The notes under the pieces are model-generated. The model worked only from the letters and a program-made list of their open reading frames with translations, was not told the origin of the DNA and searched no databases. DNA of 64,000 bases from Candidatus Heimdallarchaeota archaeon (lineage in GTDB: Archaea; Asgardarchaeota; Heimdallarchaeia; Heimdallarchaeales; Heimdallarchaeaceae), in NCBI GenBank assembly GCA_019057815.1, contig JAHLWR010000012.1, positions 32,001 to 96,000 of the forward strand, in the 5' to 3' direction. Position numbers and translations under genes: made by a program. Below are positions 10,311 to 20,751 of this stretch, in pieces (position 1 is the first letter of the stretch; every line of letters begins with the position of its first letter).

Positions 10311-11101
10311 ATGGCTTTGAAATTAGAATTATAGGTCTTGGTTACATAGGTTCAGAGATAATTAGGAATCTATACAGTTTTAAACATAAAATTGAGCTTA
10401 ATGCAGTTTTTGATATAAAAAGGGATAAAATGGAAAAAGTAACTAATCTACATCCTAATGTCAGATTCATGTCTTTTATAACTGATTTCGATAATTGTGA
10501 TATTATAGTTGAATCAGCTACGCAACAAGTTGTTGAAACTGTTTTTGATAAGGTGATTCAATCTGGAAAGATTTTCCTTCCAATGAGTATTGGAGCTTTT
10601 ATTTCCTATGATAATCTTTACTTGAAATATACACAATTAGAAGAATCACAAAAAAAACTTATCAAACTACCATCAGGGGCTATAGGTGGATTTGATTGCA
10701 TAGACGCCTTAAACCTTGTAGGAATTCAAAAAGCTAAGTTGACTACTAGAAAACCACTAAATGTTTTTGAAAATCATAAATATGTTAAAGACCATGATCT
10801 GAAGCTTTCAGAGAAAGAAAAAACACTAATTTTTAAAGGAAACGCAAAAAAAGCTGCACAAATATTTCCTAGAAGTATTAATGTTGCTGCAAGATTAGCT
10901 CTTTCAACTGTAGGTTCAGAACAAACAGCTGTAGAAATTTACTCTGATCCGTTAATAAATAAGAACATTCACGAAATAGAAATAAGCTCAGATGTTGGAG
11001 ATTATAAATTTTCTTTCCAAAATAATCCTTCACCTACAAATCCAAGAACAAGTTGGTTAGCAGCATTATCCATATTAGAAGTTCTTGGAAACATGATTTG
11101 A
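10311..11101 (+). pseudogene. nadX: L-aspartate dehydrogenase with a 1-nt frameshift near the start
   Basis: Motifs SGAIGGFD, FPRSINVAA and NPRTSWLAALS. The Rossmann segment IIGLGYIG lies in the long frame, but the ATG at 10311 (MALKL) is one base out of frame at ~10326. Confidence 0.75.
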
Positions 11102-11283
11102 ATTTATCTGTTTCAAAGCTATACCTAAGAGAAAAGTAATTGATAGTTGATATCTATAAACTCCAAGTCTCGAAGATTCCTGAAAAGCTAAGAAAGCTAT
11201 AAAGGAAGAAAAAAGAAGAAAAGAAGAGAAGCTATAATGAAATAGCCTAGTTTGAGAGAAAATTTAACTTCAAATTTTTTCGT

Positions 11284-12150
11284 TTACTTTTTGACTCCTA
11301 CAACTGTGATACTTTGAACTAGTTCGTTAATGTTTTCTAAATCTTCTGAAAATATTAGATCATCCTCGGGTAAAGTGCTAGCAATTTGTTCAATTTCCTC
11401 TGTAGGTGTAGAAGTCTCTTCTACTATTTCTATATCTTTAAATCCTGCATTCATAATATATTCTAGATACTTATCCTTTAGTACAGCTCCAGCAACACAA
11501 CCAACTAACGCTGTTTTATTATTTTTAATAGACTTAGGAAGTGGTTTCAATAGAACCAAATCAGAGATTGTTATCTTACCATCTAGCTTCAATACTCTAT
11601 AAGCTTCATCAAACACTTTTTGTTTTTCAGGTGAAAGATTGATTACGCAATTAGACATAACTAAATCCACAGAATTATCTGCTGCTGGTATATTTTCTAT
11701 TTCTCCAAGTCTGAATTCGACATTTGTGTAATTGTTTATTTGTGCGTTTTTTCTAGCTAAATCAATCATATCTGGTGTCATATCAATTCCAATAACTTTA
11801 CCTGTTTCACCTACTTTTCTAGATGCAAGGAAACAGTCAAAACCAGCTCCAGAACCGAGATCTAATACAACATCTCCCTCTTCTAATCCAGCTATGGCTG
11901 TAGGATTTCCACAACCTAAACCAAGATTGGATTCTTCTGGAACGAGATTCATTTCATCTGATGAATAACCAATACTTTTGCTAATATCTCTAGGAGAAGA
12001 GCTACAGCAACTAGAACTTTCGCTTGTGTCTCTCGAAGAAGAACCACAACAACTAGATTTTTTTTCCTCTTTTTCTATATTAACTTTGTTTGAACGAGCA
12101 ACTTTAGCATAAGCATCCCGTACAGTCTTTCTAACTTCACTATTTTCCAT
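11284..12150 (-). CDS. arsM: Arsenite S-adenosylmethionine methyltransferase
   Basis: Motifs LGLGCGNP, LDLGSGAGFDCF, SNCVINL and GCVAGA. N-terminal CC motifs. Confidence 0.92.
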   Translation of the reverse strand: MENSEVRKTVRDAYAKVARSNKVNIEKEEKKSSCCGSSSRDTSESSSCCSSSPRDISKSIGYSSDEMNLVPEESNLGLGCGNPTAIAGLEEGDVVLDLGSGAGFDCFLASRKVGETGKVIGIDMTPDMIDLARKNAQINNYTNVEFRLGEIENIPAADNSVDLVMSNCVINLSPEKQKVFDEAYRVLKLDGKITISDLVLLKPLPKSIKNNKTALVGCVAGAVLKDKYLEYIMNAGFKDIEIVEETSTPTEEIEQIASTLPEDDLIFSEDLENINELVQSITVVGVKK

Positions 12151-12160
12151 TATTATACCT

Positions 12161-12442
12161 CTATTCTGCAAATATTTCTTTCATGACAGGATTGAGAGTG
12201 TCCTTAACCACAATGTTAAATTTATCAGTTTTATACAGGCAAATACCTGCTATTTCACCCTTTGATTGAAGTCTAACAACAACAAGTTTAGTTCCTTCGG
12301 TTAAACCTGCGTCTTTTCTTAGATCCCGAGGAAGTACAATTTGTCCCCGACTATCAATTTGAACTATTCCTTCGATTTCGCAGCAACTAACAGCTTTATC
12401 TTCTGATGAACAACATTCTTCAGTTTCTTTACTATCATTCAA
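12161..12442 (-). CDS. AbrB/SpoVT-like DNA-binding protein with CC pairs (HgcC-like)
   Basis: CCEIEGIVQIDSRGQIVLPRDLRKDAG. TTG start after a GGTGA RBS. Confidence 0.75.
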   Translation of the reverse strand: MNDSKETEECCSSEDKAVSCCEIEGIVQIDSRGQIVLPRDLRKDAGLTEGTKLVVVRLQSKGEIAGICLYKTDKFNIVVKDTLNPVMKEIFAE

Positions 12443-12490
12443 ACCTATCACCTTGAGTAAACAAACATTAGTGGATAGATATAAGGTTGT

Positions 12491-12517
12491 CGAAATTTCC
12501 GAAATTTCCGAAAATTC
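12491..12517. promoter_or_regulatory. 3 x 9-bp tandem repeat upstream of the TATA box of the arsM operon
   Basis: CGAAATTTC CGAAATTTC CGAAAATTC, next to minus-strand CTTATAT. Confidence 0.5.
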
Positions 12518-12586
12518 AGCATTATCTACTTGAAACAATTTTGAATTCTATAATTAGACTTTATCTAAGTAAAAAAAGTAAGAAAA

Positions 12587-12650
12587 GTCAACAGTTAGCT
12601 TGATAAGGGATTCCTTTTGTCGAAAGAAAAATTCGACTTAGTTTTGGTTA
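12587..12650. repeat. Dispersed GTCAAC-hairpin repeat, copy 1
   Basis: GTCAACAGTTAG...GTCGAAAGAAAAATTCGACTTAGTTTTGGTTA. Confidence 0.8.
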
Positions 12651-12876
12651 GAGGAGCACGGATTCTTATGGGTTATATGATTTCAATAGCAGATTGATGA
12701 TAGATTTCGTTAAGCAGATTGTGGGGGAGCAAGAATGATTTTGTCTTTGCGTGGAGACTTTTTTCTAGAAAGATGCTACTATTCTAAAAATCGTTTAAAA
12801 TGGCTCATTCTTCAGTTCAATCATCTTGAAAGCTAATCAAGAAAATTATTAAAGGACAGCGTAATACATTATTGAG

Positions 12877-13503
12877 TTACTTACTTTTATGACTCTTAAA
12901 TCTCTCTCCTGGTTCAACAATCAATATATCGTTTTTCTCAAGTTCTTCGTAAGCATGGTTTTCTTGAACTAATGGTTTTTTGATTCTCTTCCATCTAAAT
13001 CTTATTTTTGATCTATAAATTATATTCATGATTTCATAGATTCCCGATTCAATATCATTCATTTTATTTTGTAATTTTTGTTCAAAATCATCTACAGGAT
13101 TTCCGCTAAGGTCTTTCATAATAATTTCATTGATTTCTTTATATGCATAGTAGATTTTATTTATTTTTTCACTATTTTGCGTAGATATTTTAAGCAGAAT
13201 ACTCACTTTATTTCTTAAAATATCCAAATCTATCTTGAAATTTGTGAGAGATAACTTTATTTTTTCACGTAAAGGTACTTTTAAATTAATTTTGTTCTTA
13301 TTTGATCTCTGAATAATCCATTGATTAACAAGAGATGTTAAATTTGTAATTCTTCTTAATAATTTGCATGTTTCTGTCAATAACGATTTTACTGTTCTTA
13401 GTGTATGTTGCTTTCTCTGATATCGATTAGCAATACAACCCGCGATTAGGGCAGCAATTATAGTACTTCCACCTATAATTATACTAGGCAACCATTCAAC
13501 CAT
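12877..13503 (-). CDS. Hypothetical protein, N-terminal TM plus helical domain
   Basis: ORF is open to 13560. Likely start MVEWLPSIIIGG. Confidence 0.6.
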   Translation of the reverse strand: MVEWLPSIIIGGSTIIAALIAGCIANRYQRKQHTLRTVKSLLTETCKLLRRITNLTSLVNQWIIQRSNKNKINLKVPLREKIKLSLTNFKIDLDILRNKVSILLKISTQNSEKINKIYYAYKEINEIIMKDLSGNPVDDFEQKLQNKMNDIESGIYEIMNIIYRSKIRFRWKRIKKPLVQENHAYEELEKNDILIVEPGERFKSHKSK

Positions 13504-13581
13504 AAGTTCACCTTCAAAGCCATAATTTAAGAGTTTAAAAATCTTCTCAGAAATCGACAAGAGATATTTCTTTTTTTCCAG

Positions 13582-13638
13582 GTCAACAGATAGTTATATA
13601 AGGGAATCATTTTGAAAACTTCGACTTAGTTTTGGTTA
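13582..13638. repeat. Dispersed GTCAAC-hairpin repeat, copy 2 (internal deletion)
   Basis: GTCAACAGATAGTTATATAAGGGA...TTCGACTTAGTTTTGGTTA. Confidence 0.8.
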
Positions 13639-13904
13639 ATAAGTGAAAAGGGTAAAGAATGGAGTAAAAAAAGATTTAGTGACCCCAATATTAAAATCTT
13701 TAATTGTCCTACAAGTGAAGTACAATTCCTCATACAAAGATTCTTCCAATGCAATAGTTGTGAAAAAAAAGTCTCCAAAGAAGAATTATCTCAAATTATT
13801 AAGGAATTGATTATTTTTAATTGGATATGCTAGCATGTGGTGAATGTCAACAGAATAAAAGCGTGTAATGTAGAATATCCTCTTACTACCAACTATTATC
13901 AAAA

Positions 13905-14852
13905 TTATTTCATGAAATTAGATTTGAGTTTCTCATAAGGAATATTGTTAAATGGGCAAACTTTGATGCAGATACTGCAACCAAATTCATTGACGAAATG
14001 TGGCATACATTTTGTATTCTCAATATGAGTTATTCTACCACTCGAATGTTCTATAGCTTCATCGTATATCGCTCCACCTGGACATTCTTTTATACAAAGA
14101 CGGCATTGGTCACAATAATCACTTACCCAAGTATGTTCATTGTTCTCACTAAATGGCAAATTTTCTATACTTGTATAAACAGCAGTAAGTCGAAACCTTG
14201 GACCATATTCAGGGGAGATCATTATTCCAGAGTACCCAATCCAAGCAAGTCCTGCTCTTTGGGCCATAGGAGGGTAGAGAGCTGCTCCCATCAAAGGATG
14301 ACCTGCGTGTGCAGAGAAACCTTTCTTACGAAGAAAACGTGAGATTTTATTTGATATGATTCCTAATTCATCATAGGTTCTCATAACTTCATGTTGACAA
14401 TTTAAGCTAGGTGCTGTATCTATCTTATCCTTTTGCATTTCAAATCCTAGAACAATAGCATTTGGATGAAGAACAGCTTTATTTTTGAAGACTAATTGTT
14501 TAGAAAGTTTTGCAAAACCAATCAATCCTGCACCTTTCTTTTCAGCAAAATCCTTTAATTGTTGAAGCTCTGCCGCTGTAATTTCCTTTTTTGGATTTTT
14601 CGGATTGTTTTTCAGTGTATTTACAGTTTTGAACTCATTTCGAAATATAGAAACCATAGTAGGTATGATTTTCAGTCCAAATCCAGTTCGTTTACCATAT
14701 TTTGAACCTTCGATCATTAATTCATATCTAGCAGGGGAATCTTCGCTATATTTGAGAGTGCTATCGAGCTTCGATAAGTCATTCTCTTTCTTAAAGAGTT
14801 TTCCCATAATCTTCAAAATTGATTTTTCTTGAAATTTATCCATTAAAATCAC
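13905..14852 (-). CDS. QueG/reductive-dehalogenase-like 4Fe-4S dicluster protein
   Basis: Motifs AQRAGLAWIG, SPEYGPRFRL, CDQCRLCIKECP and CSICIKVCPF. Confidence 0.8.
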   Translation of the reverse strand: MILMDKFQEKSILKIMGKLFKKENDLSKLDSTLKYSEDSPARYELMIEGSKYGKRTGFGLKIIPTMVSIFRNEFKTVNTLKNNPKNPKKEITAAELQQLKDFAEKKGAGLIGFAKLSKQLVFKNKAVLHPNAIVLGFEMQKDKIDTAPSLNCQHEVMRTYDELGIISNKISRFLRKKGFSAHAGHPLMGAALYPPMAQRAGLAWIGYSGIMISPEYGPRFRLTAVYTSIENLPFSENNEHTWVSDYCDQCRLCIKECPGGAIYDEAIEHSSGRITHIENTKCMPHFVNEFGCSICIKVCPFNNIPYEKLKSNFMK

Positions 14853-14966
14853 ATTATTACAAGCAAAATATATGACTTAAGTATATACCTTACCCTTTTA
14901 AATTTAGCTCAGACTTTTACTTTACTGTTCTTACAAGATTACATACAAAAAGAATATGTAAAAAAC

Positions 14967-14990
14967 TGACTAAATCTCTGAATTTAGTCA
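14967..14990. promoter_or_regulatory. Perfect 9-6-9 inverted repeat, candidate operator
   Basis: TGACTAAAT ctctga ATTTAGTCA. Confidence 0.45.
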
Positions 14991-15041
14991 CAAACACTCA
15001 AGAGCTAGGACAAGTAAAATCTCTTGAAGGTAGATTGATTG

Positions 15042-15101
15042 AAGATTTCTGTAATGTAACTAATTATTGGGTAGTTGATGCAAGCAAAGATAATATCTAT
15101 G
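15042..15101 (+). repeat. 60-bp direct repeat, left copy
   Basis: 54/60 identical to 15759-15818. Confidence 0.9.
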
Positions 15102-15186
15102 TTTTTTTCTTCCTGAAATATCAAACGTATTATTAATAGTCGTTTCAATAATAACAACTAACTGACCCAATTAGTCTAAAACTATT

Positions 15187-15729
15187 TTATTTCAATTTGG
15201 TTTCTACATATTGAAATATATCATCATAAAGTAGTTTTGCATAAGCTTCATTCATGACTTGTACTGGTAATGGTTTATTATCCATATCTATTGAAATCTC
15301 TTTATCACACCACTTGACTGGTAATATCTTCAAATCATTATCTCTGAAACCTAATCTGAAATCATGTTCTAAACAATTTCTAATGATACGGGTAAAATCA
15401 TACCAATTAGCTTTTTTCAATTTGGGTAATTGATTAGTTTCCTTAGCATAAAATTTAGCTGTCTCAAAAGTGTCTTTAATGAAACTTCTAAGAATTGATT
15501 TCATGTGCTCTGTTAGTATTTTTTCTTTCTTTTCTTTAGACATTAGTATAGCTTTCATTGGTTCTAAATTAAATGAAACTTTAGCTTCTGGGAACTTTAG
15601 GTTCATTAGATCTATCTTACTTGGAATTTTCTTAGAATCGGAATTTTTTATTAGATATCCTCCTAAACAACCAACTATATAGTTGTTAAATGCTGTTCTT
15701 AACGGTCCTAAAACATACTCTTTGTTCAT
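15187..15729 (-). CDS. Hypothetical protein with HEPN-like Rx4H motif
   Basis: Helical protein containing IRNCLEHD. Confidence 0.55.
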   Translation of the reverse strand: MNKEYVLGPLRTAFNNYIVGCLGGYLIKNSDSKKIPSKIDLMNLKFPEAKVSFNLEPMKAILMSKEKKEKILTEHMKSILRSFIKDTFETAKFYAKETNQLPKLKKANWYDFTRIIRNCLEHDFRLGFRDNDLKILPVKWCDKEISIDMDNKPLPVQVMNEAYAKLLYDDIFQYVETKLK

Positions 15730-15758
15730 TCTTCTAGCATATAGAAAATTTACTTTTT

Positions 15759-15818
15759 AAGATTTCTGTAATGTAATTTATGATTGGATTTTTGATGCAA
15801 GCAAAGATAATATCTATG
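15759..15818 (+). repeat. 60-bp direct repeat, right copy
   Basis: 54/60 identical to 15042-15101. Confidence 0.9.
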
Positions 15819-15906
15819 ATGCTGTTAAACCACAATCTCAATGAGGATAATTGTGTATCAATGTTAGAATTTAGCCTTGAAGTTACTCTAACATATTTTT
15901 GACCGA

Positions 15907-17298
15907 TCAATTCAACTTTTGTGATGCGGTTCTAGGAATAATTTGTCCTGTTCCTGCTTTTGCAGTTATCTTACCATCTTCGTAGACTACATACCCACGT
16001 CTAATAGTTACTCTAGGCCATCCTGTGTATGATTGTCCATTATAAACAGAAAATCCTGCTTGGGAGAACATATCTTCATCTCTAATAACACGTTCTTCAT
16101 CCAAATCCCAAAGAACAAGATCAGCATCAGAACCAATCTGTATAGTTCCTTTTCTTGGATAGAGACCAAACAGTTTTGCTGTATTCGTTGATGTCAATTC
16201 AATAAACCTTTCTAATGTAATTTTTCCGGAAGCAACTCCTTTTGAGTATAACATTGGCAACATTACTTGAAGTTCATTTATTCCTGGAACTAATTTGTTA
16301 ATATTGAGTTCAGGGTTCAGTTTTTGATCTCGAGTGTGAGGTGCATGATCAGTTGCAACTGTATTTATTGAACCGCCTTTCAATCCCTTCCATAGTGCCT
16401 TTACATCTGATTTTTCTCTTAATGGTGGTTGAACAACATAAAGTGCCCCTTCCGGTTCGAGATATTTTTCTCGAGTTAGATAGAGGAAAATTGGTCGTCC
16501 TTCAACAAATACTGGAATATTCTTAGTTTGAGCTTTTTCACAAATATTGAGAGCCTGTTCTGAAGAAAGATGAACAATATAAATAGGCGCTCTAGTTGAA
16601 TTGGATATATCAACTGCTTTTTGTGTAGCAACCGATTCTGATTTCACAGGTCTACTATCAGCATAATGCTTTAATGATTCTTTCCCATCTTCAGTCATCT
16701 TTTCACAAGTTGTTTTAATGATCTCATTATCTTCACAATGTATCATAGAGAGCATTTCATTATCCTTTGCAGCTTGAATTGCTTTTATGTACATTTCCTC
16801 ATTAGCATCATAATCATTCGTAACCATGAAGATCTTAATAGTATTACATCCCTTCTCCATCAATTTGGGTATTTCTCGAATGGTTTCATCTGTTGGGGTG
16901 AATATTACTGGGTGGATAATGAAGTCAGCTATTGCATGCTCAATAATCGATTTCGTTTCCCTTTCAATAGTTCCTAATGGGGTTTCCTTTCTATCAGGAA
17001 CTGAAATGCAACCAAGAGTAGTTATTCCTCCAGCAATTGCTGCTTTTGATCCACTCTCAAAATCATCAGACCATCGGAATTCCTCTGAAACATAAGCAGG
17101 TAATGAGAGATGAACATGTGGATCTATTCCTCCTGGCATAATTACTAAATTTCCAGCATTAATCTCCTTTGCTGATCCAGAAGTAGTTTTTAATTCTTGA
17201 CCGATTTCATTGATTTTTTCATCAATGATTCGAATATCTGCTTTGATACGTCCAGTTTCAGTAAATATCAAACCATTACGGATTACTATTTCGCTCAT
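15907..17298 (-). CDS. Dihydropyrimidinase/hydantoinase
   Basis: Motifs PGGIDPHVH, GGITT, IHCED, VHLSS and TDHAP. Confidence 0.85.
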   Translation of the reverse strand: MSEIVIRNGLIFTETGRIKADIRIIDEKINEIGQELKTTSGSAKEINAGNLVIMPGGIDPHVHLSLPAYVSEEFRWSDDFESGSKAAIAGGITTLGCISVPDRKETPLGTIERETKSIIEHAIADFIIHPVIFTPTDETIREIPKLMEKGCNTIKIFMVTNDYDANEEMYIKAIQAAKDNEMLSMIHCEDNEIIKTTCEKMTEDGKESLKHYADSRPVKSESVATQKAVDISNSTRAPIYIVHLSSEQALNICEKAQTKNIPVFVEGRPIFLYLTREKYLEPEGALYVVQPPLREKSDVKALWKGLKGGSINTVATDHAPHTRDQKLNPELNINKLVPGINELQVMLPMLYSKGVASGKITLERFIELTSTNTAKLFGLYPRKGTIQIGSDADLVLWDLDEERVIRDEDMFSQAGFSVYNGQSYTGWPRVTIRRGYVVYEDGKITAKAGTGQIIPRTASQKLN

Positions 17299-17414
17299 AT
17301 AAAACCCACCAATTTCATAATAGGATTTAGACTATTAAACAAATTCGTCTATTTTAGTTATACAATTCCTAGTTTCTTCCTTTCTTCTTCAGTATATAGG
17401 TTTTTACCTCCTAA

Positions 17415-17451
17415 TTAGGTTGATTAAGAGCGATAAGCGCATAAATAGCAT
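17415..17451 (-). repeat. 37-bp copy of 18712-18748 (5' part of the TrmB-like gene)
   Basis: 35/37 identical. Confidence 0.8.
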
Positions 17452-17963
17452 CTACATGGTTGTTTTAAATTCCATAATTAGACGTATACAAATAAAAAAA
17501 TAAAAAAGGAGAAATCTATTGAAGAATTCTAGATTGGTATTACGTTATTAACAATTACTGTATCATTAAGGGGATATTAATAACGTATGGATTTAGAATT
17601 CTTGATTCTTACACCGATATATCTTCTTTCTTTGCTGTATCGAGGTCAGAATTAATATAATGAACTAGGTAATGAGCTACACAGTAGCATTTCCCGTTTA
17701 TAGTATGAATTAGATGTCTATTAGTGGCGTATCCACAGTAACTACATATCGTTTCTTCTTGCATTTGGTCATCTTCAACGAATTTAATTAGTTGACTAAT
17801 AGAAAAATGATATATAAAATTATTTATATATTTCCTTTAATAACTATAGAAAGTTTTCAATATATATCACTCTTTGATTATAGAAAGTTTTTTCGAATAA
17901 GAGCGAAGGAAGATGGGAAATTCTTGAATTCACCTTCATATTTGAGAGTTTTTCTAGATGAAA

Positions 17964-18785
17964 CTATTTCTCCACTAATTCTAAGCCTAAACTGTGTAAA
18001 CTAGCATAAATACTGTTATAAAGTTGAATTTGGAAGTGAAGAGCAATCGGGTGTTTTATATTAATTAAAGCAGGAGGGAAATCTTCAAGGGATGGGAAAG
18101 AGATGTTAAGTGAACTTCCAGTTGCTTCTGCTAGATCAACATCAGCAAAAAACATACTTGGTCGTTTAAACAATAATTCTTTGAACCCTTCAGTATTAAG
18201 CAATTTCTTGATGGGAGGAATTTTCTTTACCCTACCATTTGCTGCTAGCTGATAAATTACTATGTTTGTAGAAGTTTTTTTTCGGTCTTCCAAAAGTCCC
18301 ATTAGCATTGCTTCTTCAGCAGGATTGATTAGAAGAATTATAACATTCTTTTGAATATTCTCAATTACACCTTTTAATCCCGCATAAACAGCTTTTTCAC
18401 CTTCAAAATATGAGAATAAATCCTCAACATTTCTTGTTCGTTGAAATCTTTTAGTTTCTTCAAAATACTTTGCTGCTGAATCTGCTTTCATAAGAACTTG
18501 AGATTTAAGAGAATCCAATACGATATCGTAAGGTACTGCAGTAAAAGTGTCAGGTGATCCTTCCTTGATTTGTCTTGTTACAAATGTCTTTTCTACCAAA
18601 CTATTGAGATAACCATAAATTTTGGGTTGGGCAATATCTGCAACTCTAGCTATATCTGAAGCTAGAGAAGAATCTGAACCGTAGAGAGCTACATAGGTTC
18701 TTGCTTCCCATTTAGGTAGATTAAGAGCGATAAGCGCATTAATAGCATTTTCCTTTGAATAGGAATGGGAAGAGAGGTTTGTCAT
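17964..18785 (-). CDS. TrmB family transcriptional regulator
   Basis: N-terminal wHTH EARTYVAL...ASDIARVADIAQPKIYGYLNSLVEK. Confidence 0.85.
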   Translation of the reverse strand: MTNLSSHSYSKENAINALIALNLPKWEARTYVALYGSDSSLASDIARVADIAQPKIYGYLNSLVEKTFVTRQIKEGSPDTFTAVPYDIVLDSLKSQVLMKADSAAKYFEETKRFQRTRNVEDLFSYFEGEKAVYAGLKGVIENIQKNVIILLINPAEEAMLMGLLEDRKKTSTNIVIYQLAANGRVKKIPPIKKLLNTEGFKELLFKRPSMFFADVDLAEATGSSLNISFPSLEDFPPALINIKHPIALHFQIQLYNSIYASLHSLGLELVEK

Positions 18786-18795
18786 CTTTTTACCT

Positions 18796-19989
18796 CTAAT
18801 CTTTCATCCTATTTCTTACAGTCAGTATAGCTAGAACAAAGAACAGTAAAGCCATACCTGCTACTACTAGGAAGTCTACCCAGAGTTCTTTGAAACCCCA
18901 ACCTTTCAACATTACTCCTTCAAATAGATTGATTCCATAGGTTAGCGGAACTATTTTGGAAATAGGTTGTAACCACACAGGCAGACTATTAATTGGAACG
19001 AGCATCCCACTAAGAGCCATACTGGGTAATGCAGTTAAAGGAGCGAACTGTATAGCTTGGAGTTCATTTTCAGCGAAATTTGAAAGAAAAACTGCTAGAA
19101 AAACATGAGCTAATCCAAAAAGAAAAGCGACTAGAATAAGCATAAAGAAATTTCCACGTACTGTCGCTCCAAAAGCTACTACTCCTACAAGCAAAATCAC
19201 AGCAATCATTGAAGCAGCTATAGCTAAAAGTGATATAACATAACCTGTTAATCTTTCAGCTGTAGATAACGGTGTGGAATAAAGCCTATCTTCTGTCCCC
19301 ATTATCCTCTCTCGAGTAACTGTAAGTGTACCGATCAGAACTAGTAGAAAGGTTATAACAAAGCCCATTACAGCAGGTATACCTACATCATATCCTGTGA
19401 ATTGTGCTCCATCAAAAGCTAAAATTTGCTCTACTTCTATTCCAACATCACCAATTATTTGACTCAAAGAATCATGTATAGCACCTACAATACTTGCTCG
19501 AATAGGTGGCTTTGTAGCATCCAAATACAGTTTAATTGTAACTTGGGTAGTTATTCCTTGAGTAATATTGAAAATAGAATATGAGAAATCCTCTGGAATG
19601 TGAACAACAGCAAAATAATCGCCGTTTTCTACATTTTCTATATTCTCCTCATATATTCCATAAGTCAATTCAACTCTTTTATCGTTATCAAGAGCATTAG
19701 TGATATTCTGTCCTACATCGAGTGTGACGTTTCCAACAAAGGGTATTTCAACTGAATATCCAACATCCTGGTTATCTAGAATAATTGGAAGATTAACAAT
19801 TTCCCCACTTAAGGTTAGACCGAAAATTACCATAATAACAGCAGGAATAACCAACATCATACCCATAGTACGTCTATCTCGTCGGAACATGTTCAAAACA
19901 CGTAAAGCAACAGATAATGACCTTCGAATAGAAAAACGACTTATTTTTTCAACATTATTATTCGGCTTTTTACCATTATGCATCGACAA
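18796..19989 (-). CDS. ABC-2 type transporter permease
   Basis: Motifs RRDRRT, TRERIMGTEDRLYSTP and LSGMLVPI. Confidence 0.9.
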   Translation of the reverse strand: MSMHNGKKPNNNVEKISRFSIRRSLSVALRVLNMFRRDRRTMGMMLVIPAVIMVIFGLTLSGEIVNLPIILDNQDVGYSVEIPFVGNVTLDVGQNITNALDNDKRVELTYGIYEENIENVENGDYFAVVHIPEDFSYSIFNITQGITTQVTIKLYLDATKPPIRASIVGAIHDSLSQIIGDVGIEVEQILAFDGAQFTGYDVGIPAVMGFVITFLLVLIGTLTVTRERIMGTEDRLYSTPLSTAERLTGYVISLLAIAASMIAVILLVGVVAFGATVRGNFFMLILVAFLFGLAHVFLAVFLSNFAENELQAIQFAPLTALPSMALSGMLVPINSLPVWLQPISKIVPLTYGINLFEGVMLKGWGFKELWVDFLVVAGMALLFFVLAILTVRNRMKD

Positions 19990-20731
19990 TCACCCCGTTA
20001 CTTAATAGAAGGAATATTTCCTCAATGGATTCCACATTATACTTTGCTTTCAGCTCCTGCGGTGGACCTTCTTCAATAAGCTTTCCAGCTCTCATAAGAC
20101 CGATTCGATCAGCTCTTTCAGCTTCGTCCATTACGTGAGAAGTTAGGACTAGGGTTATGCCTTTTTCTTTAAGAGAATTGAAATATTCCCAAAAGAATGT
20201 TCGAAGAACAGGATCAACACCAACAGTAGCTTCATCAAAGAATAAGAGTTTTGGAGAATGTATAAGAGCGCAAGCAATACTTGTACGTCTTTTCATCCCA
20301 CCTGAAAGATTTTTTACTAGAGTTTTTCTCTTATCTTCAAGTCTTAATATCTTAAGTAATTCTGAAAAGCGTTCTTCAAATTCAGGTTTCTTCATTCGAT
20401 ATAATCGAGAGAAGAAGCGAACATTTTCTTTTAAAGTTAAATCACTATAAAGAGAATATTCTTGAGGAGCGACACCAATATAATTAGAAGTAGTTCGACG
20501 ATTTTTGGGAACAGAATAGCCAAAAACGCTTATTTCACCTGAAGTAGGATAGAGAGCTCCTATAATCATATTGAGAAGAGTGGTTTTACCTGAGCCATTT
20601 GCACCAATAAGTGCATAAATTTCACCTTTTTTGATCTTGAAATTTAATCCATCTACTGCTTTAACCTTGCCTGTTTTGTAGACTTTGACTAAATCCTTAG
20701 TTTCTATTACATAATCACTTGTTATAGACAT
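19976..20731 (-). CDS. ABC transporter ATP-binding protein
   Basis: Motifs GANGSGKT, LSGGMKRR and DEATVGVDP. Confidence 0.93.
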   Translation of the reverse strand: MSITSDYVIETKDLVKVYKTGKVKAVDGLNFKIKKGEIYALIGANGSGKTTLLNMIIGALYPTSGEISVFGYSVPKNRRTTSNYIGVAPQEYSLYSDLTLKENVRFFSRLYRMKKPEFEERFSELLKILRLEDKRKTLVKNLSGGMKRRTSIACALIHSPKLLFFDEATVGVDPVLRTFFWEYFNSLKEKGITLVLTSHVMDEAERADRIGLMRAGKLIEEGPPQELKAKYNVESIEEIFLLLSNGVIVDA

Positions 20732-20751
20732 CTTATCATCACATCTAAGAA

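Noticed and set aside
12587-13638. CRISPR array or definite integron attC array
   Set aside because: Copies are about 1 kb or more apart with no regular spacers. attC-type symmetry is weak, and no cas or intI gene is present.
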